A DNA stretch of 64,000 bases from IMG/VR virus record IMGVR_UViG_3300042505_000794, positions 15,190-79,189 of that record; one strand, 5' to 3'. Below, in pieces: positions 9,203 through 20,207 of the stretch. The notes beneath the pieces are model-generated. The model saw only the letters and a list, made by a program, of their open reading frames with translations, was not told the DNA's origin and ran no database searches. The stretch comes from a virus. The position numbers and the translations under genes were made by a program. Positions within the stretch are counted from its first letter, which is position 1; the number at the start of each line of letters is the position of its first letter.

Positions 9203-11482
9203 ATGTTGCCACAGGGTAACGATAATCAAACAGTAATAGAGGTGGATGCAAGTGTGCAACCACATAAACACTATGCAAGCGATATTATTAACATACAATC
9301 AAGACTTGATGGTGTACTCAGCCAAATCAAAGGTCGAGTTCCAACTGAAGGTGATACATTAGAAAAACTGTACAATTTATTAATATCTAGTACTGTTGAA
9401 ATTATTGTACCTAATATTGAAGCTAGAGACGCATTAGATATTCAAAATACGTTTACAAATGTATTTGTATTAGGTGATGATAGCTGGGAATTATATAAAG
9501 CAACTTCAATTGGGACTAACGCGTCGTTTGTTAAATTATCTGATTCAACAATCATTAATAATATTATAGGTGCCGATGTTTTAACCAAAAATATGTTACC
9601 TACAGGTAATATATCAAATAGCGATCAATTAGTTCTTGGAAACGATTCAAGGTTAATGGATAGTAGATACCCTCTACCTCATAAACATAATATATCAAGT
9701 TTAACAGGGGTTGATTCATTAATTGATACTAAAATTAATAGCAAATTATCTAATGTTAATGTAGGTGTATTATCGATTAATTCAAAAACTGGTGATGTAG
9801 ATATACAAAAAACAGATGTCGGGTTAGGTAATGTCGATAATACTGCTGATATTAACAAGCCGCTGAGTACTGCTCAAATAGCTGAATTAAATAGAAAAAT
9901 TGACGTAAAATATTTTCCAAAATTTACGACAGCATCTGAAACCGAACTTGTACTAGGTAGTGATCCGAGATTATCAGATAGTCGATATCCTAAACAACAT
10001 ACACATGTGCTGCAGGATATCAATAACTTTAGTTCAAGCTTACAGAACATTTTAGTGAATTTGTTTGACGTAACTGATATTACCGTTAACTCTATTAATG
10101 GTCGCAAGGGTGCTGTATCGTTAACTGCTACAGATGTAGGTTTAAAATATGTAGATAATACTCCTGATATTGATAAACCTATAAGTAGACCACAACAAGC
10201 TGAATTAAATTTAAAAATTAATAAGAGTCTATTACCAGTAGCAAACATAGCTGAATATGATCAGTTAGTAATGGGTAGTGATCCACGTCTTAACAATGCA
10301 AGACACCCACTACCACATACAACCGACTCTATTACAGATTTTAATGAATCAGTTACAGCGTTATCAAAATCTGTATTCGGTGCATTAGTTAATTTAGATG
10401 AATTGAAAGTTGCAGATATTCCTTCGCTAGTACCAGGTACATATTCAAAAATAACTATCAATTCAAAAGGTCAAGTTACCGAAGGTATTAACACTTCTAG
10501 TATACGTGATTTAGGAATTGAAGATGTATACACTAAACCAGAATTAGATTTAAAATTATCTAGGTTCGACATTGATAATCCAACTACACCAGGTAGTTTT
10601 GTAACTGTCAACGAGTTTGGTAAAATACCTGATGTTGTTTTACCTGACGCAATACAAACATTTACACACACTGGATATTTCCCTCATATTGGAAGTAAGA
10701 ATGCACTATACGTTGATGAGTCACATAACACTCTGTACGCATTCACCGGTACCGAATATGTTCCTGTTTCTACTCAACAAGAAACAAATTCTATAGACTT
10801 ACCTAAATTTGCTAGCGTTGCTACATCTGGAGATTACAATGATTTATCTAATATTCCAAATTTAGCTAAAGTAGCTAGTACTGCAAACTATTACGATTTG
10901 AATGATATTCCTGCGTTATCAAAAGTAGCATCATCAGGTGATTATCGTGACCTAACTCATCGTCCAACATTTGCAAAAATTACTACGACCGGGTCATATA
11001 ATGATTTAAATGATCGTCCTACGTTTCAGGATGTAGCTCTATCGGGTTCATATTTAGATTTACACAATAGACCTGATTTTACAACTGTAGCTTACACTGG
11101 AAACTATAACGATTTAACAGAGATACCTGATTTAAATCAATTCATTACAAAAACCGATAGTGTATTTACACAAACAAAAACATTAAATTTTGTAGGGTAC
11201 CTTAAACCTGTTACAGGTAGTTCAAGATGGTACCCTGAACGCAATATCACATTACTGTACGCATATTTGACGGTATCTGAACCATCATCAAACAATATAC
11301 TATGTGATTTGAATATGAATTCTAGTTCAATATCTAATATTACAATGGTCGTACCTCAGAACAAATTTAAAAGTATTAGATATGATTTTAATGTTAATGT
11401 ATCAGAAGATGATTACTTAACATTAGATATTATTCAAGCTGTTGACGGTCGCAATTTAGCATTAACTATTGTTTATAGGTAA
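9203..11482 (+). CDS. Fibre-like virion protein with repeats
   Basis: VGLGNVDNT.DI.KP fibre repeats; about 7 tandem VAxSGxYxDLxxxP repeats; TAAATA and GGAG upstream. Confidence 0.75.
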   Translation: MLPQGNDNQTVIEVDASVQPHKHYASDIINIQSRLDGVLSQIKGRVPTEGDTLEKLYNLLISSTVEIIVPNIEARDALDIQNTFTNVFVLGDDSWELYKATSIGTNASFVKLSDSTIINNIIGADVLTKNMLPTGNISNSDQLVLGNDSRLMDSRYPLPHKHNISSLTGVDSLIDTKINSKLSNVNVGVLSINSKTGDVDIQKTDVGLGNVDNTADINKPLSTAQIAELNRKIDVKYFPKFTTASETELVLGSDPRLSDSRYPKQHTHVLQDINNFSSSLQNILVNLFDVTDITVNSINGRKGAVSLTATDVGLKYVDNTPDIDKPISRPQQAELNLKINKSLLPVANIAEYDQLVMGSDPRLNNARHPLPHTTDSITDFNESVTALSKSVFGALVNLDELKVADIPSLVPGTYSKITINSKGQVTEGINTSSIRDLGIEDVYTKPELDLKLSRFDIDNPTTPGSFVTVNEFGKIPDVVLPDAIQTFTHTGYFPHIGSKNALYVDESHNTLYAFTGTEYVPVSTQQETNSIDLPKFASVATSGDYNDLSNIPNLAKVASTANYYDLNDIPALSKVASSGDYRDLTHRPTFAKITTTGSYNDLNDRPTFQDVALSGSYLDLHNRPDFTTVAYTGNYNDLTEIPDLNQFITKTDSVFTQTKTLNFVGYLKPVTGSSRWYPERNITLLYAYLTVSEPSSNNILCDLNMNSSSISNITMVVPQNKFKSIRYDFNVNVSEDDYLTLDIIQAVDGRNLALTIVYR

Positions 11483-11490
11483 ACTAATAT

Positions 11491-11565
11491 ATGGAAGATA
11501 TTGTTGAGTTTTGGGGAGATGTCGGTGATTCAGATTCCCAAGATATAATTGAATATTGGGATTAA
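11491..11565 (+). CDS. Putative 24-aa acidic micro-protein MEDIVEFWGDVGDSDSQDIIEYWD
   Basis: AGGT upstream; internal repeat DIVEFW/DIIEYW; ends just before a terminator; absent from the ORF track. Confidence 0.4.
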   Translation: MEDIVEFWGDVGDSDSQDIIEYWD

Positions 11566-11577
11566 ACACTTCATACA

Positions 11578-11604
11578 GAAAGGCTGATATTTTATCAGCC
11601 TTTC
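11578..11604 (+). terminator. Hairpin terminator
   Basis: GAAAGGCTGATA-TTT-TATCAGCCTTTC. Confidence 0.65.
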
Positions 11605-11685
11605 CACTATTATTCTAACGATAAATAATATATCCGCGAACAACTACACAGTTGATATTCAATACAAATTCAGGAGTTTTAATAT

Positions 11686-14600
11686 ATGTTGTCAGATGGC
11701 GTACGATACCTCGAAGGATCATCGATTGTAAATCTGGTTTTACCAAATTTTGAAGCAGATGATAAAGTAAATATTCAATCTCCTGATCCAGGCGAAATTA
11801 TTTACCAAACCACCGGTACTAAGGGTGTATATTATTACACTGGTTCATCGTGGGTAAGATTACGAGCTTCATCTGACGGTCAAACAATTGCGATTTCTGA
11901 TTTACCAGCATTCACAGGCGATGTTGAGTCTTTACCAGGAACAAACGTACTCACACTGAATAATATTACAACTGCTGGTAGCTATACGAAAGTTTCCGTA
12001 GATGCAAAGGGACGAGTTATTTCAGGTACATCTCCAACAATACTTAGTGAATTGGGTATTACTGACGTATACACTAAATCATATATTGACAGTTTACAAA
12101 CTGTTAAATCGATAAACGGTAAATCTGGGATAATTCTTAAATTAGATGTAACAGATATTAACGGTTTAGCATCTAGTGCTACAATAGATACCACGAACGC
12201 GAGTAACATCACATCCGGTACACTACAACGAGCACGACTACCGTTATATACCGGTGATGTCATTAGCTCAGCGCTTACATCAGATTTAATTTTAAAATCT
12301 GTTGTATCGGCAGGTACATACAATAAAGTTCAAGTTAACACTAAAGGTTTAGTTGTCAGTGGTACACAAGAATCTACGTTAGCAGGTCTAGGTATCACAG
12401 ACGCCGTTGGCGCGAGTATGCTACCTCGAGGTAATGCAACACCAGCTCAATTGGTTCTGGGTAACGATACACGTTTAACAGACGCGAGAACACCAAAAGA
12501 ACACACCCATACAGTTGATCAAATTGTTTCATTAGATGAAACTATATCTAATGCTATAGATTTAGCGCAATCGACCACAAACTCTCAACTTGCACTTAAA
12601 GAAGATAAAATCAATAAAGGTGCTGCAGGTGGATATGTTGGTTTGAACGCTGAGCAAAAAATTGATAGTATTTACTTACCTTCATTAACATTGAATAATG
12701 TATTCACAGCGACAACACTTGAGCAGCGAAATGCCTTAACCGCTAATAAATCTGATATAGCTATCGTAGCCGGTAGCATTAATAAAACATTTATATTGCA
12801 ACAATTACCTGCTAGCGATAGTAACAATTGGCTTGAAATGTTAAACCCTACTGGTGGTGTTACATCTGTCAATGCGCAGACAGGTGCAGTTTCAATATCA
12901 TTAGCGTCATTACCAGGTGTATTAAATCTTACATCATTTCCTAATTCTGGAGTTGCAGCTGGGTTATACAATTCTATATCAGTTGATGTAAAGGGTAGAG
13001 TTACATCAGGTACATTTGCACCGGTATATAATAAAGATGAAATCGATACTAAATTATCATCTAAGTTAGATACTATCACAGCTAACGTTGCAAACGGTTA
13101 CGCATCTCTTGATAATCAGGGAAAACTTAACCCGTCGGTTTTATCTAATATTGCGTTAAACAATAGATACGTGGTACCTTCACTTCAAGCTAGAAATGAG
13201 CTAGTAGCAGCTGTTGGCGATATTGTTATTGTTACAGGCAATATTAATAAAACGTACGTACTTAATGTGTTACCTACAAGCAGTAACACAAACTGGCTAG
13301 AACTTTTATCATCTACAGGAAGTGTAACATCAGTAAACGGGTATGATGGATCTATTAATTTATCGTTATCTGATATTCCTGGCGTGTTACCTATTAGTTC
13401 ATTTCCTGTTGTTAGTGGTGATGTGTTATCTCAAGAAGGTACTGCTGTAATTAGACTGAAAGATATCACGACAGAAGGTACTTATTCTAAAGTAACGGTT
13501 AATTCAAAAGGTCTAGTAGTTAGTGGAGAATTAACAGATGCATCGAGTTTAGATGCTACCAACATAACACAAGGCACGTTAAGTGATGCTAGATTAAGCT
13601 CTAATGTGGTTTTATCAACAGATCAACGACTCATCAATGCAAGAGCTCCATTACCGCATACTACAGACGCTATTACTAATTTTACAGCTGCTGTACAAGG
13701 TGTAGTAAATACTTCTGTCGCTGATTTAGGAAATATAGTTCATACTGTTAACGGTGAGTACGGTGATGTAAATATTACCAAGACCTCAATTGGTCTTAAC
13801 CACATTGATAACACTGCTGACATAAACAAACCAGTGAGTGCAGCGGTTGCAGCTGAATTAGCATTAAAGGAAACACCAACAAATAAAGGAACTGCCGGCG
13901 GTTACGTTGGATTAAATTCAAGTACCAAAATTGATAGTATATACTTACCAGCTCTACCTTTATCAAACCGGTTTGTTGTTGAAAGTTTATCAGAGCGTAA
14001 TGCACTAACGGTATCAGTAGGAGATATTGTTGTCGTAGCTGACGGTGTTAATAATTCATACATTCTTAACGCACTACCATCGACGTCTGATAGTAACTGG
14101 ATTCAATTACTTACACCAGCTAGCGCAGTTACCTCAGTAAATGGGAACGTAGGTGAGATCATATTAGACCATGATAATATTCCCGGTATAGTACCAACTT
14201 CAAAACTACCGGCATTCACAGGTGACGCTATTTCGTCTACTGGGTCTAATATATTGTCGTTAACAACATCCGGAGTATCACCAGGTACATACAATTCTGT
14301 AACTGTTGATGCAAAAGGTCGAGTAACCGCTGGTTCAAATATTAATTCAGGATCATCAAGTTTCGAATCAGGTAACGCTAGCTTATTAAATGTTGGACAG
14401 TTACCAGTTGCAAGGTTACCAGCTTTCACAGGAGATGTTGGAGCGCCAGCTGGTACAGGTCAGCTATATTTGTCAGCTACCGGTGTTGTTGCTGGAACTT
14501 ATAATTCTGTTACAGTTGATGTTAAAGGACGTGTATTATCTGGGACTAACATATCGATCGATGTATCGAATGCGGCAAATTTAACTGTAGGTACCCTAAA

Positions 14601-17600
14601 CAAACAAAGACTACCAGCTTTCACTGGAGATGTAGTATCTCCAATTGGTACCGGTAACCTAACGCTAACCAATACAGGTGTATCAGCTGGTACCTACAAT
14701 TCAGTAACCGTAGATACGAAGGGACGTGTATTATCAGGTGTAAATACATCAATGTACTCTTCAACCGAGGTTGATGCAAAACTAACAGCAAAAATAGATG
14801 CATCGAAAATTAATTCACCTAATGGTGTAGTAGGATTAAACGCTAATAGTAAAATTAATCCAGCTTACTTACCAGCGGTAGCAATAAACAACAGATATGT
14901 ATGTGAGACCTTAAACCAACGTAACTTATTAAACGTTGTCATCGGTGATATCGTTATAGTAGCTGGATCGACAAATAAATCGTATATATTAAATGCGTTA
15001 CCCGCTGATACTAACGAAAATTGGTTAGAAATATTAAACCCAACAGGTGGTGTACAATCATTTAACGGTACGGTAGGTGAAATTCTCTTTTCAGCAAACG
15101 ACCTAACAGGGACCGTACAACCAGGTACATTACCACCATTCGTAGGTGATGTATCATCTGCTGGTGGCACCAATCAACTAACACTACGTACAGTTGTACA
15201 ACCTGGTACGTACAATCGAATTACGGTTAATGAAAAGGGTTTAGTTGTTGATGGTCACACTGTTAATTACGCAGCTGATGCAACCCAAATCACTGAAGGT
15301 ACATTAGCTGATGCAAGATTAAGTTCAAATGTAGTGCTTACTAATGATGTACGCTTATCAGATCACCGTATACCACTACCACATACAACGGATGTTATTA
15401 CGGATTTTGAAGCTGCTGTTACCGATATAATATCAACATCTATGGTAACTTCAGCAAATAGTGTAACATCTGTTAACAGTAGATTAGGCGATATAGTACT
15501 TTCCAAAGCAGATGTAAATTTATCAAACGTTGATAACACATCTGATGCTAATAAACCCGTTAGTACAGCTGCCCTAGCAATGTTATCTCTTAAAGAAGAT
15601 AAATCGCGTAAAAACGTCGCTGGTGGATATGTAGGGTTAAATGACTCTGGTAAAATTGATACCAGTTTATTACCAGCAATGGCAATTAATTCGAGATTTG
15701 CAGTATCAACATTAGTACAAAGAAACGCACTATCAGCAACCGTCGGCGATATTGCAATAGTAGCTGGTGTAATCAACAAATCATATATATTAAATGAATT
15801 ACCTCCAAGTGTTAATAATAATTGGATGGAGTTACTTGCACCTACTGGAAGTGTAACAGCAGTTAATAACCAAACAGGTAACGTTGAAATATCATTAGCT
15901 AATATTTCAGGTAACTTACCTGTAACTAAAATGCCTGCACTATCAGGAGATATTAGTTCAATATCAGGTACCGGGACTCTCACATTAGTTAATACAGGTG
16001 TTGCAGCTGGAACATACAACACGGTTACAGTTGATAAAAAGGGACGTGTAATATCAGGTACATTAACATCAAGTGTTAATAATGCAACAACCTTAAACGC
16101 TAATAATTTAACATTAGGTACTGTACCAATTGGTAGATTACCTGCGTTGATTGGTGATGTTGTTACAACTATTGGCAGTAATATCACTACATTATCTAAT
16201 ACCGGTGTTGAACCAGGTACATATACATCTGTCACAGTCGATAATAAAGGTCGAGTTATAGCGGGTACAGTATCTACATCAAGTGCAACAGACGCATCCA
16301 ACTTAACATCGGGTACTGTACCAATCAGTCGGTTACCTGCTTTCATAGGTGATGTAACGTCTACGGTTGGAACAAATTCATTAGTATTAAACGCTACAGG
16401 TGTTGCGCCTGGAATATACAATTCCGTTACAGTAGATCGAAAAGGTCGTGTTACCGCAGGTACATCTACGTCAATTTACTCATCTAATGAAATTGATGTA
16501 AAATTACAAACTAAATTAGATACTAATAAACTCAACCAACCAAACGGGTATGTAGGGTTAAACACCAATAGTAAAATTGACCTACAATATTTACCATCTA
16601 TCACACTCAATGAAAATTACGTTGTTAATGACTTAATTGAACGTAATGCAACATCAGCAAGTGTAGGTGACATTGCTATTGTTTTAGGTTACGTGAATTC
16701 GTCCTTTATGCTTACAGCTTTACCTGCATCAGACGATAACAATTGGGTTGAACTATTAAATCCAAGCGGTGGTGTATTAGCAGTTAACGGTAGCACAGGA
16801 ACTGTGTCAATAACCCTAGCTAATATACCTGGTGTACTTCCTGCAAATAAACTTCCGGTACTCACAGGTGATGTTAGTTCTGTTAACGATGTAGTTTCTT
16901 TATCATCTACTGGTGTATCACCTGGTGCATATAATTTAGTCACCGTGGATGCTAAAGGTCGAGTTACACAAGGTAATAATGCAACTACAGCTGCTGGGTT
17001 AGGAATCACTGACGTTGTAAACGTTAATATGTTGCCTAGTGGTGATGCAACATCATCTCAGCTTGTTAAAGGTAACGATAGTCGGTTAACAGATTCTCGG
17101 AATCCAACATCACACGTTCATATTTCAAGTGAAATTTCTGATCTAGAAGATGCAATTACATCAGCTATAAACAATTTAAAAGATGGTGTTGATACACAAG
17201 CTGATACACTTAAAAAATTATATGAGCTCATAATAGCTGGTACAACCGAAATTATAGTACCAAATATTACAGCAAGGAATGCATTGGTAATATCTAATAC
17301 CAAAACAAACGTGTTTGTTCAAGATGATGGTGATGGACAGTGGGCATTATATAAAGCTGTTACTCTAGGTGTTAACGCTACCTACGTTAAATTATCAGAT
17401 CCTACTATAATCAACGATATCGTCGGGTTTAGCGCAGAATCATCAGCTAATAAAGATGCAGATAACACGTTGTCATCAAACAGTGATGTTAAGTATCCAA
17501 CACAGAAAGCTGTAAAATCATATGTTGATACTGTAACCGCTACAAAAGTTGATGGGTACGCTTTATCTACGCTATTATCTGAAAAAGCAAGTTTGTTATA

Positions 17601-20154
17601 TGTTAATAACAGTCTCGATTCAAAAGCTAGCGTTGAATACGTAGATACCGCATTAACTTCTAAACTCAACACCTCGTTATTACCTGTAAATGATAATGCA
17701 TCTGTTTATCAAATTGTAATGGGTAACGATACTAGACTATCTGATGCACGTGCACCTCTCCCTCACACTACGTCATTGATAACTAATTTTGATACATCTG
17801 TATCTAATTTAATTGCAGATTCAGTTGAATCAGCTATGTTGAGTTATGCAGGTGGTGTTACATCGATTAACAGTCTAACAGGTGACGTAACATTCAATGC
17901 TGCTTCAATAGGTTTATCAAATGTTGATGATACATCTGACATCAATAAACCTGTAAGCACAGCTGTCGCGGTAGCATTAGGTAGTAAAGAGTCAATAACT
18001 AATAAAAACATTGCTGGTGGATACGTAGGGCTTAACAACCAAGGTAAAATTGATTCTAATTACATACCTTCAATGTCCATCAACACAAAATATGTACGTG
18101 AAACATTAGCTGAACGTAATGCGGTGTCAACTGCAAATATTGGCGATATTGTAGTGGTGACAGGACTTGTAAACTCTACATATATATTATCCGCGTTACC
18201 TCCAAGTGTTGATAATAATTGGTTCGAGTTAACTAATACGTTAGGTGGTGTAAATACAATTAACGGAATGTCAGGTACGGTATCATTATCGTTATCATCA
18301 TTACCAGGTACCCTACCAGCTGCTAAATTCCCAGCATTCACTGGAGATGTAACATCAGTAGTTGGATCTAATGTACTTTCGTTAGCTGTTACTGGTGTTG
18401 CTCCAGGTACATACAATTCTGTAACAGTTGATGCAAAAGGTAGAGTAACTGCTGCTGATGTGGTTTCAACAACTACTGTGAATGCAAGTTTATTAACAAC
18501 AGGAACATTAGCTAAAGAGCGTTTACCTGCTTTCGCAGGTGATGTAACAGCATCGCCAGGTACAGGTACATTATCATTGAAACCGTCAGGTGTCTCAGCT
18601 GGTACATATAACTCTGTAACAGTTGATGCAAAAGGTAGAGTAACCGCAGGTTCAATAATATCTGTTGGATCTTCTAATGCGAGTGATTTAACAAATGGTG
18701 TTCTACCTGTTGGACGTTTACCAGCATTCACAGGTGATGTTACTTCACAACCTAGTACAAATAGCTTAGTGCTATCTAATACTGGCGTAGTAGCAGATAC
18801 ATATAATTCTGTTACCGTTGATAGAAAGGGACGAGTATTATCTGGTTCAAAAATTCCATCATATACCGCTGCACAGATTGATTCAGCTTTATTTACAAAA
18901 CTAGATATAACAAAAGCTAATCAACCAGACGGGTATGTGAGTTTAGATTCAAACTCAAAGATAGATCAAGCATTCTTACCATCGATAACGTTAAACAACC
19001 GTCACGTTGTAACTACGTTAACCGAACGTAACGCACTGGTCGCTAACGTCGGTGATGTTGCAATAATAGCTGGTGAGATTAACAAAACCTACGTTTTAAA
19101 TCTATTACCAGTGAGCATAGATGACAATTGGTTGGAATTGGTTAACCCAGTAGAAACTGTTACGTCTTTGAATGGTCTCACAGGTGTTGTTTCGTTGACA
19201 GCTGGTGACTTAACTGGTACCCTGGATCATAGCGTACTACCTGCATTTGAAGGTGATGTGAATTCAGTTGAGGGGTCCAATATTCTTAACTTAAGTAACA
19301 GTGGTGTTACATTAGGTACATATAACACTGTTACAGTTAATGCAAAAGGTATAGTAACCTCTGCGTATAACGCATCTACAATTGAACAATTAGGTTTAGA
19401 AAACGTATATAATAAAATTGAAATTGCAAATTTATTACATTCGAAACACGATGATAGTAGTGAACTGAATGCATCTAAGCTCACGTCAGGTACTGTATCA
19501 TCAACCGTATTACAAGATGTTGTAGAATCTGGAACATATTTAACAGTTACTGTCGATACCAAGGGTCGAGTGATCGGTGGCGTGACTTCAACGAACACTG
19601 CTGCACCAGGTCAAGTATTTGTATCATTAGATGCACAAACAGGTGAATGGCAAGATGTACCATCAGGTACTAATGCAAGTTCACTTGTAACAGGTACTAT
19701 TAGCGTTGATCGTTTACCGGTATCAGGTGCAGCTGCAGGTAACTATGGTACAGTTACCATTGATAGTAAAGGTCGTGTAACTGGAGGGGTGTCATCAACT
19801 AATACTGCTAGTGCCGGTCAAGTATTTGTAGCTTCTAATTCAACCGTAGGTACTTGGGTAGATGTTCCATCAAGTACAGATGCAGGTACACTAACAGAAG
19901 GTGAATTAGATCCTAATCGACTTCCAAATACAGGTATATCAGCTGGTACGTACGATATGGTATCTGTAGATACAAAGGGACGAGTTGTTGGAGCAGCCGT
20001 AACGAACAAGCTCCCAGTAAGTGTATACAGAAGAAACAAAACTACAACGGACCATTTAGTAACTGTACAGATGGGTGAAACAGGATTCGATGTACTACCT
20101 ATATCAGTATATAAACGAAACACTGTAATTTCATCTTACAATATTATAGTGTAA
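11686..20154 (+). CDS. Giant modular fibre protein (2822 aa)
   Basis: About 19 GTYxxVTVDxKGRV fibre repeats and 8 GYVGLN...NWxEL modules (manual count). Confidence 0.85.
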   Translation: MLSDGVRYLEGSSIVNLVLPNFEADDKVNIQSPDPGEIIYQTTGTKGVYYYTGSSWVRLRASSDGQTIAISDLPAFTGDVESLPGTNVLTLNNITTAGSYTKVSVDAKGRVISGTSPTILSELGITDVYTKSYIDSLQTVKSINGKSGIILKLDVTDINGLASSATIDTTNASNITSGTLQRARLPLYTGDVISSALTSDLILKSVVSAGTYNKVQVNTKGLVVSGTQESTLAGLGITDAVGASMLPRGNATPAQLVLGNDTRLTDARTPKEHTHTVDQIVSLDETISNAIDLAQSTTNSQLALKEDKINKGAAGGYVGLNAEQKIDSIYLPSLTLNNVFTATTLEQRNALTANKSDIAIVAGSINKTFILQQLPASDSNNWLEMLNPTGGVTSVNAQTGAVSISLASLPGVLNLTSFPNSGVAAGLYNSISVDVKGRVTSGTFAPVYNKDEIDTKLSSKLDTITANVANGYASLDNQGKLNPSVLSNIALNNRYVVPSLQARNELVAAVGDIVIVTGNINKTYVLNVLPTSSNTNWLELLSSTGSVTSVNGYDGSINLSLSDIPGVLPISSFPVVSGDVLSQEGTAVIRLKDITTEGTYSKVTVNSKGLVVSGELTDASSLDATNITQGTLSDARLSSNVVLSTDQRLINARAPLPHTTDAITNFTAAVQGVVNTSVADLGNIVHTVNGEYGDVNITKTSIGLNHIDNTADINKPVSAAVAAELALKETPTNKGTAGGYVGLNSSTKIDSIYLPALPLSNRFVVESLSERNALTVSVGDIVVVADGVNNSYILNALPSTSDSNWIQLLTPASAVTSVNGNVGEIILDHDNIPGIVPTSKLPAFTGDAISSTGSNILSLTTSGVSPGTYNSVTVDAKGRVTAGSNINSGSSSFESGNASLLNVGQLPVARLPAFTGDVGAPAGTGQLYLSATGVVAGTYNSVTVDVKGRVLSGTNISIDVSNAANLTVGTLNKQRLPAFTGDVVSPIGTGNLTLTNTGVSAGTYNSVTVDTKGRVLSGVNTSMYSSTEVDAKLTAKIDASKINSPNGVVGLNANSKINPAYLPAVAINNRYVCETLNQRNLLNVVIGDIVIVAGSTNKSYILNALPADTNENWLEILNPTGGVQSFNGTVGEILFSANDLTGTVQPGTLPPFVGDVSSAGGTNQLTLRTVVQPGTYNRITVNEKGLVVDGHTVNYAADATQITEGTLADARLSSNVVLTNDVRLSDHRIPLPHTTDVITDFEAAVTDIISTSMVTSANSVTSVNSRLGDIVLSKADVNLSNVDNTSDANKPVSTAALAMLSLKEDKSRKNVAGGYVGLNDSGKIDTSLLPAMAINSRFAVSTLVQRNALSATVGDIAIVAGVINKSYILNELPPSVNNNWMELLAPTGSVTAVNNQTGNVEISLANISGNLPVTKMPALSGDISSISGTGTLTLVNTGVAAGTYNTVTVDKKGRVISGTLTSSVNNATTLNANNLTLGTVPIGRLPALIGDVVTTIGSNITTLSNTGVEPGTYTSVTVDNKGRVIAGTVSTSSATDASNLTSGTVPISRLPAFIGDVTSTVGTNSLVLNATGVAPGIYNSVTVDRKGRVTAGTSTSIYSSNEIDVKLQTKLDTNKLNQPNGYVGLNTNSKIDLQYLPSITLNENYVVNDLIERNATSASVGDIAIVLGYVNSSFMLTALPASDDNNWVELLNPSGGVLAVNGSTGTVSITLANIPGVLPANKLPVLTGDVSSVNDVVSLSSTGVSPGAYNLVTVDAKGRVTQGNNATTAAGLGITDVVNVNMLPSGDATSSQLVKGNDSRLTDSRNPTSHVHISSEISDLEDAITSAINNLKDGVDTQADTLKKLYELIIAGTTEIIVPNITARNALVISNTKTNVFVQDDGDGQWALYKAVTLGVNATYVKLSDPTIINDIVGFSAESSANKDADNTLSSNSDVKYPTQKAVKSYVDTVTATKVDGYALSTLLSEKASLLYVNNSLDSKASVEYVDTALTSKLNTSLLPVNDNASVYQIVMGNDTRLSDARAPLPHTTSLITNFDTSVSNLIADSVESAMLSYAGGVTSINSLTGDVTFNAASIGLSNVDDTSDINKPVSTAVAVALGSKESITNKNIAGGYVGLNNQGKIDSNYIPSMSINTKYVRETLAERNAVSTANIGDIVVVTGLVNSTYILSALPPSVDNNWFELTNTLGGVNTINGMSGTVSLSLSSLPGTLPAAKFPAFTGDVTSVVGSNVLSLAVTGVAPGTYNSVTVDAKGRVTAADVVSTTTVNASLLTTGTLAKERLPAFAGDVTASPGTGTLSLKPSGVSAGTYNSVTVDAKGRVTAGSIISVGSSNASDLTNGVLPVGRLPAFTGDVTSQPSTNSLVLSNTGVVADTYNSVTVDRKGRVLSGSKIPSYTAAQIDSALFTKLDITKANQPDGYVSLDSNSKIDQAFLPSITLNNRHVVTTLTERNALVANVGDVAIIAGEINKTYVLNLLPVSIDDNWLELVNPVETVTSLNGLTGVVSLTAGDLTGTLDHSVLPAFEGDVNSVEGSNILNLSNSGVTLGTYNTVTVNAKGIVTSAYNASTIEQLGLENVYNKIEIANLLHSKHDDSSELNASKLTSGTVSSTVLQDVVESGTYLTVTVDTKGRVIGGVTSTNTAAPGQVFVSLDAQTGEWQDVPSGTNASSLVTGTISVDRLPVSGAAAGNYGTVTIDSKGRVTGGVSSTNTASAGQVFVASNSTVGTWVDVPSSTDAGTLTEGELDPNRLPNTGISAGTYDMVSVDTKGRVVGAAVTNKLPVSVYRRNKTTTDHLVTVQMGETGFDVLPISVYKRNTVISSYNIIV

Positions 20155-20207
20155 AAATACACATTAAATATAAGTTACAACCAAATAAATGAACGGAGAA
20201 TTTAATA

